A model generated the notes under the pieces. That model ran no database searches and was not told the DNA's origin. It worked only from the letters and a program-made list of their open reading frames with translations. The position numbers and the translations under genes are program-made. This document shows, piece by piece, positions 1-7,774 of a stretch of DNA of 64,000 nt. Each line of letters starts with the position of its first letter. Positions within the stretch are counted from its first letter, which is position 1. The DNA comes from Promethearchaeota archaeon (lineage in GTDB: Archaea; Asgardarchaeota; Lokiarchaeia; Sigyniarchaeales; SOKP01), in contig JBHLLT010000004.1 in assembly GCA_048938855.1 (NCBI GenBank), positions 121,497 to 185,496 of the forward strand. The letters are read 5' to 3'.

Positions 1-72
1 AGCTAATTATTAATGTTTTAAAATTGAAGAATTAAGATAAATTTCACATTAAAAAGATAAAAAAATAAGAAT

Positions 73-1302
73 TTAAGTATTAATTAATACCTTAGCATTA
101 TTCTGCCAGTCTGTGACTGTTTTCACTGAAGCTCCAGATATACTTACTGAAAGTTCTTCAGGATTAGCCTCTAATAAATCTGAAATAGTTATGATTCCTT
201 GATTTCGTAAATTCTCCACAGTTCCCTTTCCAATACCTTTCACTTGAAGTAATTCAATTTCTTTATTTTCAGAAGAAGTGTCACTATTTTCTGCATCAGT
301 TTCTTCATATAATGTTTCAATTTCAAAATCCAATCCAGGTGATTCAGGGAGGTCAACCTTATCAGTGTCAGCCACTCCAGCTCCAGTTATATAAAATTCT
401 GCTTCTTCTGGAGGAAGGTCTGGAGCATCTACTATAACTGCTCTTCGTTTTAGCGAGTTGTTTGAGGAAAAACCTTTTGTTTTAAACATTACTCTGAAAT
501 GACACCCATGAGCAACAATGTTGCCTCCAATTGCGTCATCTGCTGAAAACAATCCCATCATTTTAGTAGCAACTTGATTAGTAAGTAACACAGCACAATT
601 ATAAGTTTCGGCAATACGAGATAATCCATGAATCATATTATTTAAAACTGCTTGTCTAGGTGCGAGTTTTCCAATTCCTATATATTCTGCCCTTAACAGT
701 GCCATTAGACTGTCAATAATAATCAAACGAACCCCACGAGTTTTACAGAGAGCTTCAGCTTTTTGAATCATCTGTTCTTGATGATCAGAAGAATAAATCC
801 GAGCATGAAAAATTTTAGAGAGGACATCTTTAGGACTGAGTTCAAATCTTTTTGCGATACGTTTGATTTTTTCTTTTGAAAAAGTATTTTCAGTATCAAT
901 ATAAGCAACAGCGCTATTTATTCCTCCCCTTTTTTCAGGAAGTTGAACTGTTACTGAAATTGTATGCGCTAAGGCGGTCTTTCCAGACTTAAATGGGCCA
1001 TAAACTTCAGTGAGTTTTCCAGTTTGGAATCCACCTCCTAAGATACGATTTAATTCAGCTGAACCTGTAGTAAAATATTCAACATTGTCATCAATTTTTG
1101 CAGCTGGAGTAAAGTCAGTCATTCCTAACGCATTTCTCGCATTCCAGATTAACTTTTTTGCTGTCTTCTCTCCTAATCCATCAATATTAGCAACGATAGA
1201 ATGAGGACTCATTGCTAATGCTTCAGCAGTACTTATTCCATTCTCTTGTAGTAGCTTTATTTGGCGTGAATTGATTCCCTTTACTTGATCTAAATCTGCC
1301 AT
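73..1302 (-). CDS. radA: RadA/Rad51-family recombinase (probable paralog) with acidic linker and extra C-terminal HhH domain
   Basis: N-terminal HhH, FTTGSAELNRILGGG, Walker A GPFKSGKT, YIDTENTF, LIIIDS, VLLTNQV, IGGNIVAH; C-terminal VKGIGKGT HhH. Confidence 0.9.
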   Translation of the reverse strand: MADLDQVKGINSRQIKLLQENGISTAEALAMSPHSIVANIDGLGEKTAKKLIWNARNALGMTDFTPAAKIDDNVEYFTTGSAELNRILGGGFQTGKLTEVYGPFKSGKTALAHTISVTVQLPEKRGGINSAVAYIDTENTFSKEKIKRIAKRFELSPKDVLSKIFHARIYSSDHQEQMIQKAEALCKTRGVRLIIIDSLMALLRAEYIGIGKLAPRQAVLNNMIHGLSRIAETYNCAVLLTNQVATKMMGLFSADDAIGGNIVAHGCHFRVMFKTKGFSSNNSLKRRAVIVDAPDLPPEEAEFYITGAGVADTDKVDLPESPGLDFEIETLYEETDAENSDTSSENKEIELLQVKGIGKGTVENLRNQGIITISDLLEANPEELSVSISGASVKTVTDWQNNAKVLINT

Positions 1303-1309
1303 CCTTCTG

Positions 1310-1347
1310 GTATATCAACTCCATTTTTAAAAATTTTGTTGATATAC
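1310..1347. promoter_or_regulatory. 10-bp inverted repeat between radA TATA box and start codon
   Basis: GTATATCAAC (1310-1319) and GTTGATATAC (1338-1347), 18-nt spacer. Confidence 0.5.
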
Positions 1348-1361
1348 ACTTCTATTTAGTA

Positions 1362-1377
1362 TATTTAAAGAAAAAAA
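1362..1377 (-). promoter_or_regulatory. T-rich-element/TATA promoter of radA (island motif)
   Basis: minus strand TTTTTTTCTTTAAATA about 60 nt upstream of the ATG; same motif recurs before other island operons. Confidence 0.6.
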
Positions 1378-1518
1378 GTAAAGAAAAAGAAGGATATACA
1401 ACAAAAAGCTATATCAAAGAGAAAAAAATCCCAAATTTAGAAATTTATATTTCTTCTTTTTCTTGTTAAAAAAATAATTATATTAAAGCTATTTAAAGAA
1501 AAAAAAAAGGTAGATTAA

Positions 1519-1728
1519 TTATTCTTTTATTAAAAAATAACCAATTCCTCCTTGGGCTGATGTAACATTAATAACTTTAAATCCGGTTGAATCTATATGT
1601 TGTTCAATATATTGAAGAGCTTCTTGAAAGAAATCCTTCTTTTTGATTTTAATTTCTTTAGTTTCCATCGAACTATGGTGGAGTAATTGCTCAGTCATTC
1701 TGGAGAGAAAAATAATTTCAGTTTTCAT
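1519..1728 (-). CDS. small hypothetical protein
   Basis: 69-aa ORF, plausible composition, between SECIS terminator and radA promoter. Confidence 0.55.
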   Translation of the reverse strand: MKTEIIFLSRMTEQLLHHSSMETKEIKIKKKDFFQEALQYIEQHIDSTGFKVINVTSAQGGIGYFLIKE

Positions 1729-1811
1729 TCTTATCCCTTTTTTTTACAAAAATTTTACCTAAAATATCATCTAACAAATATTTATATCTATCTCATTCAT
1801 AGCGAAGGTTT

Positions 1812-1821
1812 AAAAAAAAAA
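1812..1821 (-). terminator. oligo-T terminator after SECIS-1
   Basis: 10 consecutive T on minus strand directly 3' of the element. Confidence 0.55.
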
Positions 1822-1886
1822 CTGAATCCCTCACAGGGATAATCATCCAATAACTACCATTTTTTTATTGGAATCATTTTTTCAAG
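1822..1886 (-). promoter_or_regulatory. SECIS element 1 (eukaryote-type core)
   Basis: RNA CUUGAA-AAA-AUGAU-UCCAAUAA-AAAAAUGGUAG-UUAUUGGA-UGAU-U-AUCCC-UGUGA-GGGAU-UCAG, starting right after the stop of a TGA-containing ORF. Confidence 0.85.
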
Positions 1887-1887
1887 T

Positions 1888-2091
1888 TTAAGATAAATCT
1901 ATTCTGTGAAAGAGGCTTACGTATAAAACGATCAAAACAATTGCAGTTAATAAAAAGATCACTGAAGCTATAAGATAATTAACATAAAAACCTCACGCCC
2001 CCGATTCAAGATAACAAGCTATAGATGTTATTACTGATCCTATTATGGCTACAAGAATTATTGCTTTCTTTAAGTTTTCATTCAACAGCAT
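1888..2091 (-). CDS. putative small 2-TM selenoprotein 1 (67 aa, TGA at 1993-1995)
   Basis: MLLNENLKKAIILVAIIGSVITSIACYLESGA-U-GFYVNYLIASVIFLLTAIVLIVLYVSLFHRIDLS; frame stays open and hydrophobic after TGA; SECIS follows. Confidence 0.8.
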
Positions 2092-2204
2092 CACTTTTTT
2101 CTGTTTGAGAGTTTGTTTTAATCAAATATTAATTCGATTAAATATAAAAAATTTGACTATGAAATAATCGCAAGTAGAAATATTAAAAAGGAAAAATAAA
2201 AGTA

Positions 2205-2603
2205 TTATTCATTTAGAAGAATTTTTAATCCTTGAATAAGTTCTTGAGGAGTTACTCCATATAAAAGTGCCTGATGCATCATTTTAATGTTTATATCAAT
2301 TAGAGAATCTAAGTCTTTTCCCGGTTGAAATTTCACCATTAGTTTCTTGATAATTTTATATACTGAGAATTTATTTTGCTTTAATTTCCCAAAATAGCCT
2401 CCATATGCCAAGAAGAGGTTTGCCATGAGTTCAAGGTCTTCTTGTGAGTTATTTTTATAACACTCTTCGCATACCACTCCAAAACTAAGTCCTTCCTGAT
2501 ATATTGAAGCTCCTCGTTTGATTTCATTTCTACAAATCCCACATTTTATCACATCACGAGATAAATGGGTGGTCGGTTCTATATTAATTGAATTGATTTC
2601 CAT
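2205..2603 (-). CDS. zinc-finger hypothetical protein
   Basis: CGIC...CEEC pair; island promoter motif at 2625-2639. Confidence 0.75.
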   Translation of the reverse strand: MEINSINIEPTTHLSRDVIKCGICRNEIKRGASIYQEGLSFGVVCEECYKNNSQEDLELMANLFLAYGGYFGKLKQNKFSVYKIIKKLMVKFQPGKDLDSLIDINIKMMHQALLYGVTPQELIQGLKILLNE

Positions 2604-2737
2604 AATATTCTTTAATACTAGGTATATTTAAAGAAAAAAGGGTAGAAAATAGTTTGATAAATGTATATAAAACCCGAACTATTTTCACATTTGATGTCTA
2701 AATATTAAAATAAAATAATGATTTTAGCAAAATATTA

Positions 2738-2803
2738 CCAAAATCCTGGGCGAGGATAATCATCCAATAACTACCATTTTTTTATTGGAATCATTTTTCT
2801 TGG
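2738..2803 (-). promoter_or_regulatory. SECIS element 2
   Basis: CCAAG-AAAA-AUGAU-UCCAAUAA-AAAAAUGGUAG-UUAUUGGA-UGAU-U-AUCCU-CGCCC-AGGAU-UUUGG. Confidence 0.85.
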
Positions 2804-2818
2804 ATTTAAACCTGAATT

Positions 2819-3034
2819 TTACTTATTCGATTTTCTTTTATCTTCTATGTATAACATTCTGATTACACCGAGTAACACACAAGCAATTATGAAACTAGCA
2901 AACATCACATATGGAGGAAATAATAAATAACTACCTCAAGCTGAAAGCATCGACATCACTAACATGCTAATACCAAAAATTATGAAAATAAAAGAAACAA
3001 CACCTAAAATTCCTTTAACTACTGCATTTGACAT
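2819..3034 (-). CDS. putative small 2-TM selenoprotein 2 (71 aa, TGA at 2936-2938)
   Basis: MSNAVVKGILGVVSFIFIIFGISMLVMSMLSA-U-GSYLLFPPYVMFASFIIACVLLGVIRMLYIEDKRKSNK. Confidence 0.8.
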
Positions 3035-3097
3035 AAAAATCATTCTATTTTGTTATTCACTTATCCTGAATTTTAAAATCGTTTAGATCTTTAATCT

Positions 3098-3307
3098 TTA
3101 TTTATTTTGTATTAATGGGAGCACAATATATATTACAATTGATACTATTGCAATGCTATCACTAATTATCGCGGGTATTGTGAGATATCTTATATTTCAT
3201 GATAAAACAGGGTAATAGTACGGGGAAAGTATATGTAAAACGACACCGATAACACCAAATATACATATAAGACTCAATAGAATTGTCTTGATTTTTTTAG
3301 TTTTCAT
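3098..3307 (-). CDS. putative small 2-TM selenoprotein 3 (69 aa, TGA at 3197-3199)
   Basis: MKTKKIKTILLSLICIFGVIGVVLHILSPYYYPVLS-U-NIRYLTIPAIISDSIAIVSIVIYIVLPLIQNK. Confidence 0.75.
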
Positions 3308-3432
3308 CTGAAATCTTTATTTTCTGGCATTTATATTTATTTTTGTATATTATTTTCACTAATCACTATTTTAAGTTTATTATCAAAAGTTCTATAATTT
3401 TGTATTAGTTGAAAGCTTACTTTGAATATTTC

Positions 3433-3497
3433 CCGAATCCCTCACAAGGATAATCATCCAATGACTATCATTTTTTCATTGGAATCATTTCTTTCGG
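3433..3497 (-). promoter_or_regulatory. SECIS element 3
   Basis: CCGAA-AGAA-AUGAU-UCCAAUGA-AAAAAUGAUAG-UCAUUGGA-UGAU-U-AUCCU-UGUGA-GGGAU-UCGG; A-U to G-C compensatory pair relative to copies 1 and 2. Confidence 0.85.
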
Positions 3498-3515
3498 TTT
3501 AAATTTGAGTAAGAT

Positions 3516-3740
3516 CTAGCCTCTTATATCTTCCACCACTAAAACTATTAATACAACAATATAGACCAATGCTAAAAAGAGGCCTATAATCACTGAATAA
3601 ACTGGATTTACTGATATTGTCCATGTTGTCGATGGAGCTCAAACAACAGTCATCATTGAGTCGATTATTGCTCTAAAAATGAAAAATAATGCACACATTA
3701 TTAGAACTACTTTGGTTGTCCACTTCAATTCAAATCTCAT
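3516..3740 (-). CDS. putative small 2-TM selenoprotein 4 (74 aa, TGA at 3639-3641)
   Basis: MRFELKWTTKVVLIMCALFFIFRAIIDSMMTVV-U-APSTTWTISVNPVYSVIIGLFLALVYIVVLIVLVVEDIRG; both Trp are TGG; GAGTGAG upstream. Confidence 0.8.
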
Positions 3741-3772
3741 TTTACTCACTCAACATATTAATCACAGAACAT

Positions 3773-3979
3773 TTATGTTCGTTTCGCTTTCCTAATATAA
3801 AGTATATATGCCACAACCAAGATTCCCGCAATTGAGAAGCTAATAATTGCTGGGATGGGCGTCTCTACTAGCAGATGTCCTCAAGCTAATATGTTATATC
3901 CAATTATTAATCCAACACCCATAACCAAGAAAACAACTATGAATGTGATTAAAAGCCCTTTAATTACATCCTTTCTCAT
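3773..3979 (-). CDS. putative small 2-TM selenoprotein 5 (68 aa, TGA at 3881-3883)
   Basis: MRKDVIKGLLITFIVVFLVMGVGLIIGYNILA-U-GHLLVETPIPAIISFSIAGILVVAYILYIRKAKRT; AAGTTTTATATA promoter-like site near 4031-4042. Confidence 0.8.
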
Positions 3980-4097
3980 TTTAATCATTAAATTTCTATT
4001 TAATTTATGACGATGAAAAAGAAAAATCATTATATAAAACTTGTTTAATAAAAGTTTGAAAATTTGGATTTGGTAAAAGCTGAAATAATTTTTTTAA

Positions 4098-4808
4098 TCA
4101 AATTAGTACTATTCCATTATGCTTTAGAATAAATTGAAAGTTCCATTTCATATCATTGAATTGTATAAGTAAATCTTTTTTTTCAGTATTAATTACTTTT
4201 CTCAACTCGATATCAATTGTCTGAATTCTATCATATAGCTTATAGAAGAAAGGTCTAAGCTTTTGGAGAGTTGGATTATAAGTAACTTCATGAATTATGA
4301 ACAAGATAATACCATTCCTTTTACAAAATATAATAAAAGGCATAAGAATTGTGTCGTAAAAGCTATCTAATATATATGAAACATGCTGTGGCGTATTAAA
4401 ATGAGTTATTTTATAACGTAAATGGTGGGATATATTATCAATAACCAAGTATTTAAGATATGGGGGTAAAATGAAATTTGAGTTTAATATTTTTTCTATA
4501 ATTGAAGATTGTTCTTCATATGTGCAGATTGGTCCTTTTTGAGGGATTATATAAATATTATTTACTACATATTCTAATTTTTGGGGATTATTTTCAAAAA
4601 TTTGTGATATCCGTTTTACTGGAAACCTTTCGCTTGCTTGAACCCAAATACATGAATCTTTATATGGTTCGTTTTCGGTTAAAAGGTTACCTATTAGCTG
4701 AAGTGCAAATGTAGTCTTACCGGTCCCAGATTCACCAGAGATAGAGAGTATATTATGATGAGAAAATAACTTTTCAATACCATGGAATAGGTTCAATTCT
4801 GTCTGCAT
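4098..4808 (-). CDS. RadB/Rad51-paralog-like RecA-family ATPase
   Basis: GESGTGKTTFALQL Walker A, YLVIDNIS Walker B, no N-terminal HhH; likely start MQTEL at 4808, coupled to the upstream stop. Confidence 0.8.
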   Translation of the reverse strand: MQTELNLFHGIEKLFSHHNILSISGESGTGKTTFALQLIGNLLTENEPYKDSCIWVQASERFPVKRISQIFENNPQKLEYVVNNIYIIPQKGPICTYEEQSSIIEKILNSNFILPPYLKYLVIDNISHHLRYKITHFNTPQHVSYILDSFYDTILMPFIIFCKRNGIILFIIHEVTYNPTLQKLRPFFYKLYDRIQTIDIELRKVINTEKKDLLIQFNDMKWNFQFILKHNGIVLI

Positions 4809-4809
4809 G

Positions 4810-5154
4810 TTAATCTTCTTCAAGCAGTTCAAGTACTTCTTGTTTGATTTTATCTATTTGTTGATCCTTTTCTTTTTTTTTTTCATTATCTACTTGATTG
4901 TCATTATTCTCTGAAGAAGAATTCATAAGCTGCTGTATCATCATTAACGTTATTAGGTCATCCATTCTACTGTCTTGCTGAGCATTTTTTCCACTAAAAA
5001 ATCCAAATACCCCTCTATTCGAACCCGAAGATCTCGATTTGAAAAACAAATAGACAATTATAAACAATACAATAATAATAATGGCATACATTGGATTCTG
5101 TTGATAGAAGATAAAAAATCCAAGTATTAACGCAATATAACAATATCCTTTCAT
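4810..5154 (-). CDS. small membrane protein (N-terminal TM hairpin)
   Basis: two hydrophobic segments then charged tail; GGTGGA SD-like site. Confidence 0.75.
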   Translation of the reverse strand: MKGYCYIALILGFFIFYQQNPMYAIIIIVLFIIVYLFFKSRSSGSNRGVFGFFSGKNAQQDSRMDDLITLMMIQQLMNSSSENNDNQVDNEKKKEKDQQIDKIKQEVLELLEED

Positions 5155-5175
5155 TCATTCCACCTCTTTTTTATG

Positions 5176-5919
5176 TTATTTTTCCTTCCATGGTTTTTTT
5201 GGTTTATAATGCTTACGAGAAAATTGCTTAAACTTGATCTTCTCTGGTTGTTTGAAATTTCTTGATTTTGCTTTAAATACGATTTTTCTAACCCCAATAA
5301 ACGAAAATTTTAACAGTAGGTAAATAGCGGTAATAGCTATATAATAAAAAAAATCTAAAATAAAGTAGATTTGAGTGAAAATTAAAAATAACCATAAAAT
5401 TAAAACTGATAGACAAATTAAGAGAATTTGATACCAGGAATAAGCTGGATCCTTTCTAAAAGAATGAGTTATATATTGCAAATCACCTTTAGAAGGAGAC
5501 GCAGTCAAAAGTAGGGAAATCAATATAAAGATTGCAATTATTTTCACTAAAGGATTAAAAGATGGAGTAAAAATTACTCCAAACCATAATAAAAAAATTA
5601 ACCACGTACTAATATAGAGGGGTGCGAAACTGATTATAATTGTTTGTAGAAAGCTTGGTGGTTTTTCAAGACTTATCGACCCATAAACGCCACCATTATT
5701 TTGTTCGGTTTTTTTCTGCCATTTGATATTAAAACTATATGGCATTTTGCCTACGACTAAACTCATTAAATAATGAGCAAGCTCATGGAAAAAGACGCCA
5801 AAAATACAAATTCGCAGAGCAATAGGCCTTAAAACTCCAGATCTATCACTATTTATGAAACTTGACATTATTAGAGATATGAATAATATGCCAAGAAAGA
5901 TCAATGGTTCTTCAATCAT
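5176..5919 (-). CDS. membrane zinc metalloprotease, M50-like
   Basis: HELAH motif, multiple TMs, SFAPL and PSKGD motifs. Confidence 0.75.
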   Translation of the reverse strand: MIEEPLIFLGILFISLIMSSFINSDRSGVLRPIALRICIFGVFFHELAHYLMSLVVGKMPYSFNIKWQKKTEQNNGGVYGSISLEKPPSFLQTIIISFAPLYISTWLIFLLWFGVIFTPSFNPLVKIIAIFILISLLLTASPSKGDLQYITHSFRKDPAYSWYQILLICLSVLILWLFLIFTQIYFILDFFYYIAITAIYLLLKFSFIGVRKIVFKAKSRNFKQPEKIKFKQFSRKHYKPKKPWKEK

Positions 5920-6375
5920 GAATTATTATACCATTCATCAAATATAAAGGAAAAAATGTGGAATTTAAATATTCCAAATTAGACTTAAATATAGAAAATA
6001 TCACCTTATTTATTAAAGACAACAAATTCAGAAAGAGAGGCCATTAAATTCGTTGTTTTGATACTGTGATATTAGAAATGGTAAGATTTTACTATACTTA
6101 TCTTCCAAATTTATATAAGAATCATTATAATTTTATATTTCCTTACGTTTATTGATAAGTTTTGGTTTAATCTCGTTTATTTCGAGCAATTTGCTTTCAT
6201 TGACAGAAATGTCAATGCAGAATAGAATTAAAAAAATCATAAAATTTTTGTAACTACCAAAAAACTACCCCTTGAAATTGAAGAGAAGAAAGCTTCTTTT
6301 CATCGATTAAATTTTGAAGAAAAGATTTAAAAACCAAACTCCTTCCTTATATTCTTTAGGTAAATAAAAAAAATA

Positions 6376-7617
6376 GTGATCAAAACAATGGCAACTTATA
6401 AAGCACTTCAAAATAGTCCGTTATCTATTATTAATTCTCACTTAGAATGTGATATTTGTGGTTCAGCAGATATTGTTGATACTTCAGAGGGATATGTATG
6501 TAGAAAATGTGGAATTGTTCTTGAAATTCAAAAACTCCAGTACAATCGACCTTATAATAAAGATTTGATTCAACATTCAATAGGGACTGGGAAAACTCAG
6601 ATTGGAAATAATCGCGAAAGATATGTCTCACCAAATTCAGAAAAGTTGAATAGATTAAACAGACAAAATTCAATAATTCCTAATGAACAAGCGATTATTG
6701 AAAGAGCTGATTTAGAGATATCAAGAATCTTCAGTGAATTAAACTTAAGTGAATTTGATACACTCAAAAAGATGGTTCTTAGTAAATTTAAAGAGATTAG
6801 ATCTAAATTAAGAAAAGGAGTAAAATTTCGTAATACGGATAAATTAGTTTCTATAATCATCTATTTTTGTCTTAAACTTCGAAACATATCGATAAATGCA
6901 ATTGAATTAATTAATGTTTCGAAGATTACCAAAAAGGAATTTAATGATTTTTGTTTACAAGTAAGAAAATTTATTCCTGAATATTTAGATCGAAACAGAC
7001 AAAAATATATTCTTAACCAGATTTTTGAGGTTTCTCAACATTTTGAACTTGGAATGGAATTCTTTCATCTTGCCCGGAAAATCTTAAAAAAATTATGGCA
7101 TGGCATCAAAGACACGACTGATGCCGCCCTCGCCGGATTAGTATCCTCAATCTCTCTTTTATGTTCTCAAAATGAAGAGGTAACTGTCAGTGCGATATGT
7201 AATCGATTAGGGATAAGAATGTCTACAATCCAAGCTCAAGTTAAAAAGAAAATTATTAATGAATTTCGTGTTGAAGGATTTATTAGTCTTATTAAATCTG
7301 CTGATCTTTTGGTACAAATTATGGATAAAATGGGATTAATTAACGACAGGCCTTTCATACGCCAAAAAGTGATAGCTGAAGCATCTGAAATTGTTGAGAT
7401 TGATGTTGGTAATGCTGACAGAGTGTTTAATGCCATTGATAACATAGATTATTATTATGCTTATTATGTAATTAAAGGTGATGATAATAAAGTAATATTT
7501 ATCAACGTAGCCATTTATCATTTTGATGATTCCTTTAAGAAAAATGAAAAGCCTCAAAGTATGGCATTTCTGGATTTTTTACTTTATAGGTACCCTCTTC
7601 CAACCGGACCTCCATGA
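6376..7617 (+). CDS. divergent TFB/TFIIB paralog with C-terminal extension
   Basis: Zn ribbon CDICGS..EGYVCRKCGIV, two cyclin-like repeats, VTVSAICNRLGIRMSTIQ HTH. Confidence 0.8.
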   Translation: MIKTMATYKALQNSPLSIINSHLECDICGSADIVDTSEGYVCRKCGIVLEIQKLQYNRPYNKDLIQHSIGTGKTQIGNNRERYVSPNSEKLNRLNRQNSIIPNEQAIIERADLEISRIFSELNLSEFDTLKKMVLSKFKEIRSKLRKGVKFRNTDKLVSIIIYFCLKLRNISINAIELINVSKITKKEFNDFCLQVRKFIPEYLDRNRQKYILNQIFEVSQHFELGMEFFHLARKILKKLWHGIKDTTDAALAGLVSSISLLCSQNEEVTVSAICNRLGIRMSTIQAQVKKKIINEFRVEGFISLIKSADLLVQIMDKMGLINDRPFIRQKVIAEASEIVEIDVGNADRVFNAIDNIDYYYAYYVIKGDDNKVIFINVAIYHFDDSFKKNEKPQSMAFLDFLLYRYPLPTGPP

Positions 7618-7774
7618 AGTGAAATTTAACAAACCTTAGCCCGACTTTAATTCTCAATTTTGAATTTTTTTCCTTTCTATTTCTGTTGAAATATTCTATG
7701 TTATGATTTTTTATTTATAAATATCTATCAGAATCTTCTCTCAAATATTAATTAATATAGCAAGTGAATCATAT

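Noticed and set aside
1822-3497. Three ~65-nt repeats as a CRISPR array or plain terminators
   Set aside because: Spacing is 700-900 nt and filled with genes, no cas genes are present, and the repeats covary as RNA with a SECIS core
1888-3979. Genome-wide TGA=Trp/Gly reassignment
   Set aside because: Trp is TGG even within these genes, TGA ends normal genes (4098-4100, 7615-7617, 21630-21632), and long genes contain no internal TGA
1888-3979. Five pseudogenes with nonsense mutations
   Set aside because: Always TGA, always single, at equivalent positions in divergent sequences, with no frameshifts
1888-3979. TGAGG as SD for separate downstream peptides
   Set aside because: No suitably spaced start codon after the TGA in most copies; remains a caveat only for gene 6 (58531-58668)
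1888-3979. VirB2/CedA1-type pilins for the VirB4-like protein
   Set aside because: Size fits, but basic termini suggest the opposite topology and they lack the island promoter; not supportable from sequence alone
6078-6158. Short ORF with TGA upstream of TFB
   Set aside because: TGA is followed directly by TAA and there is no SECIS-like element
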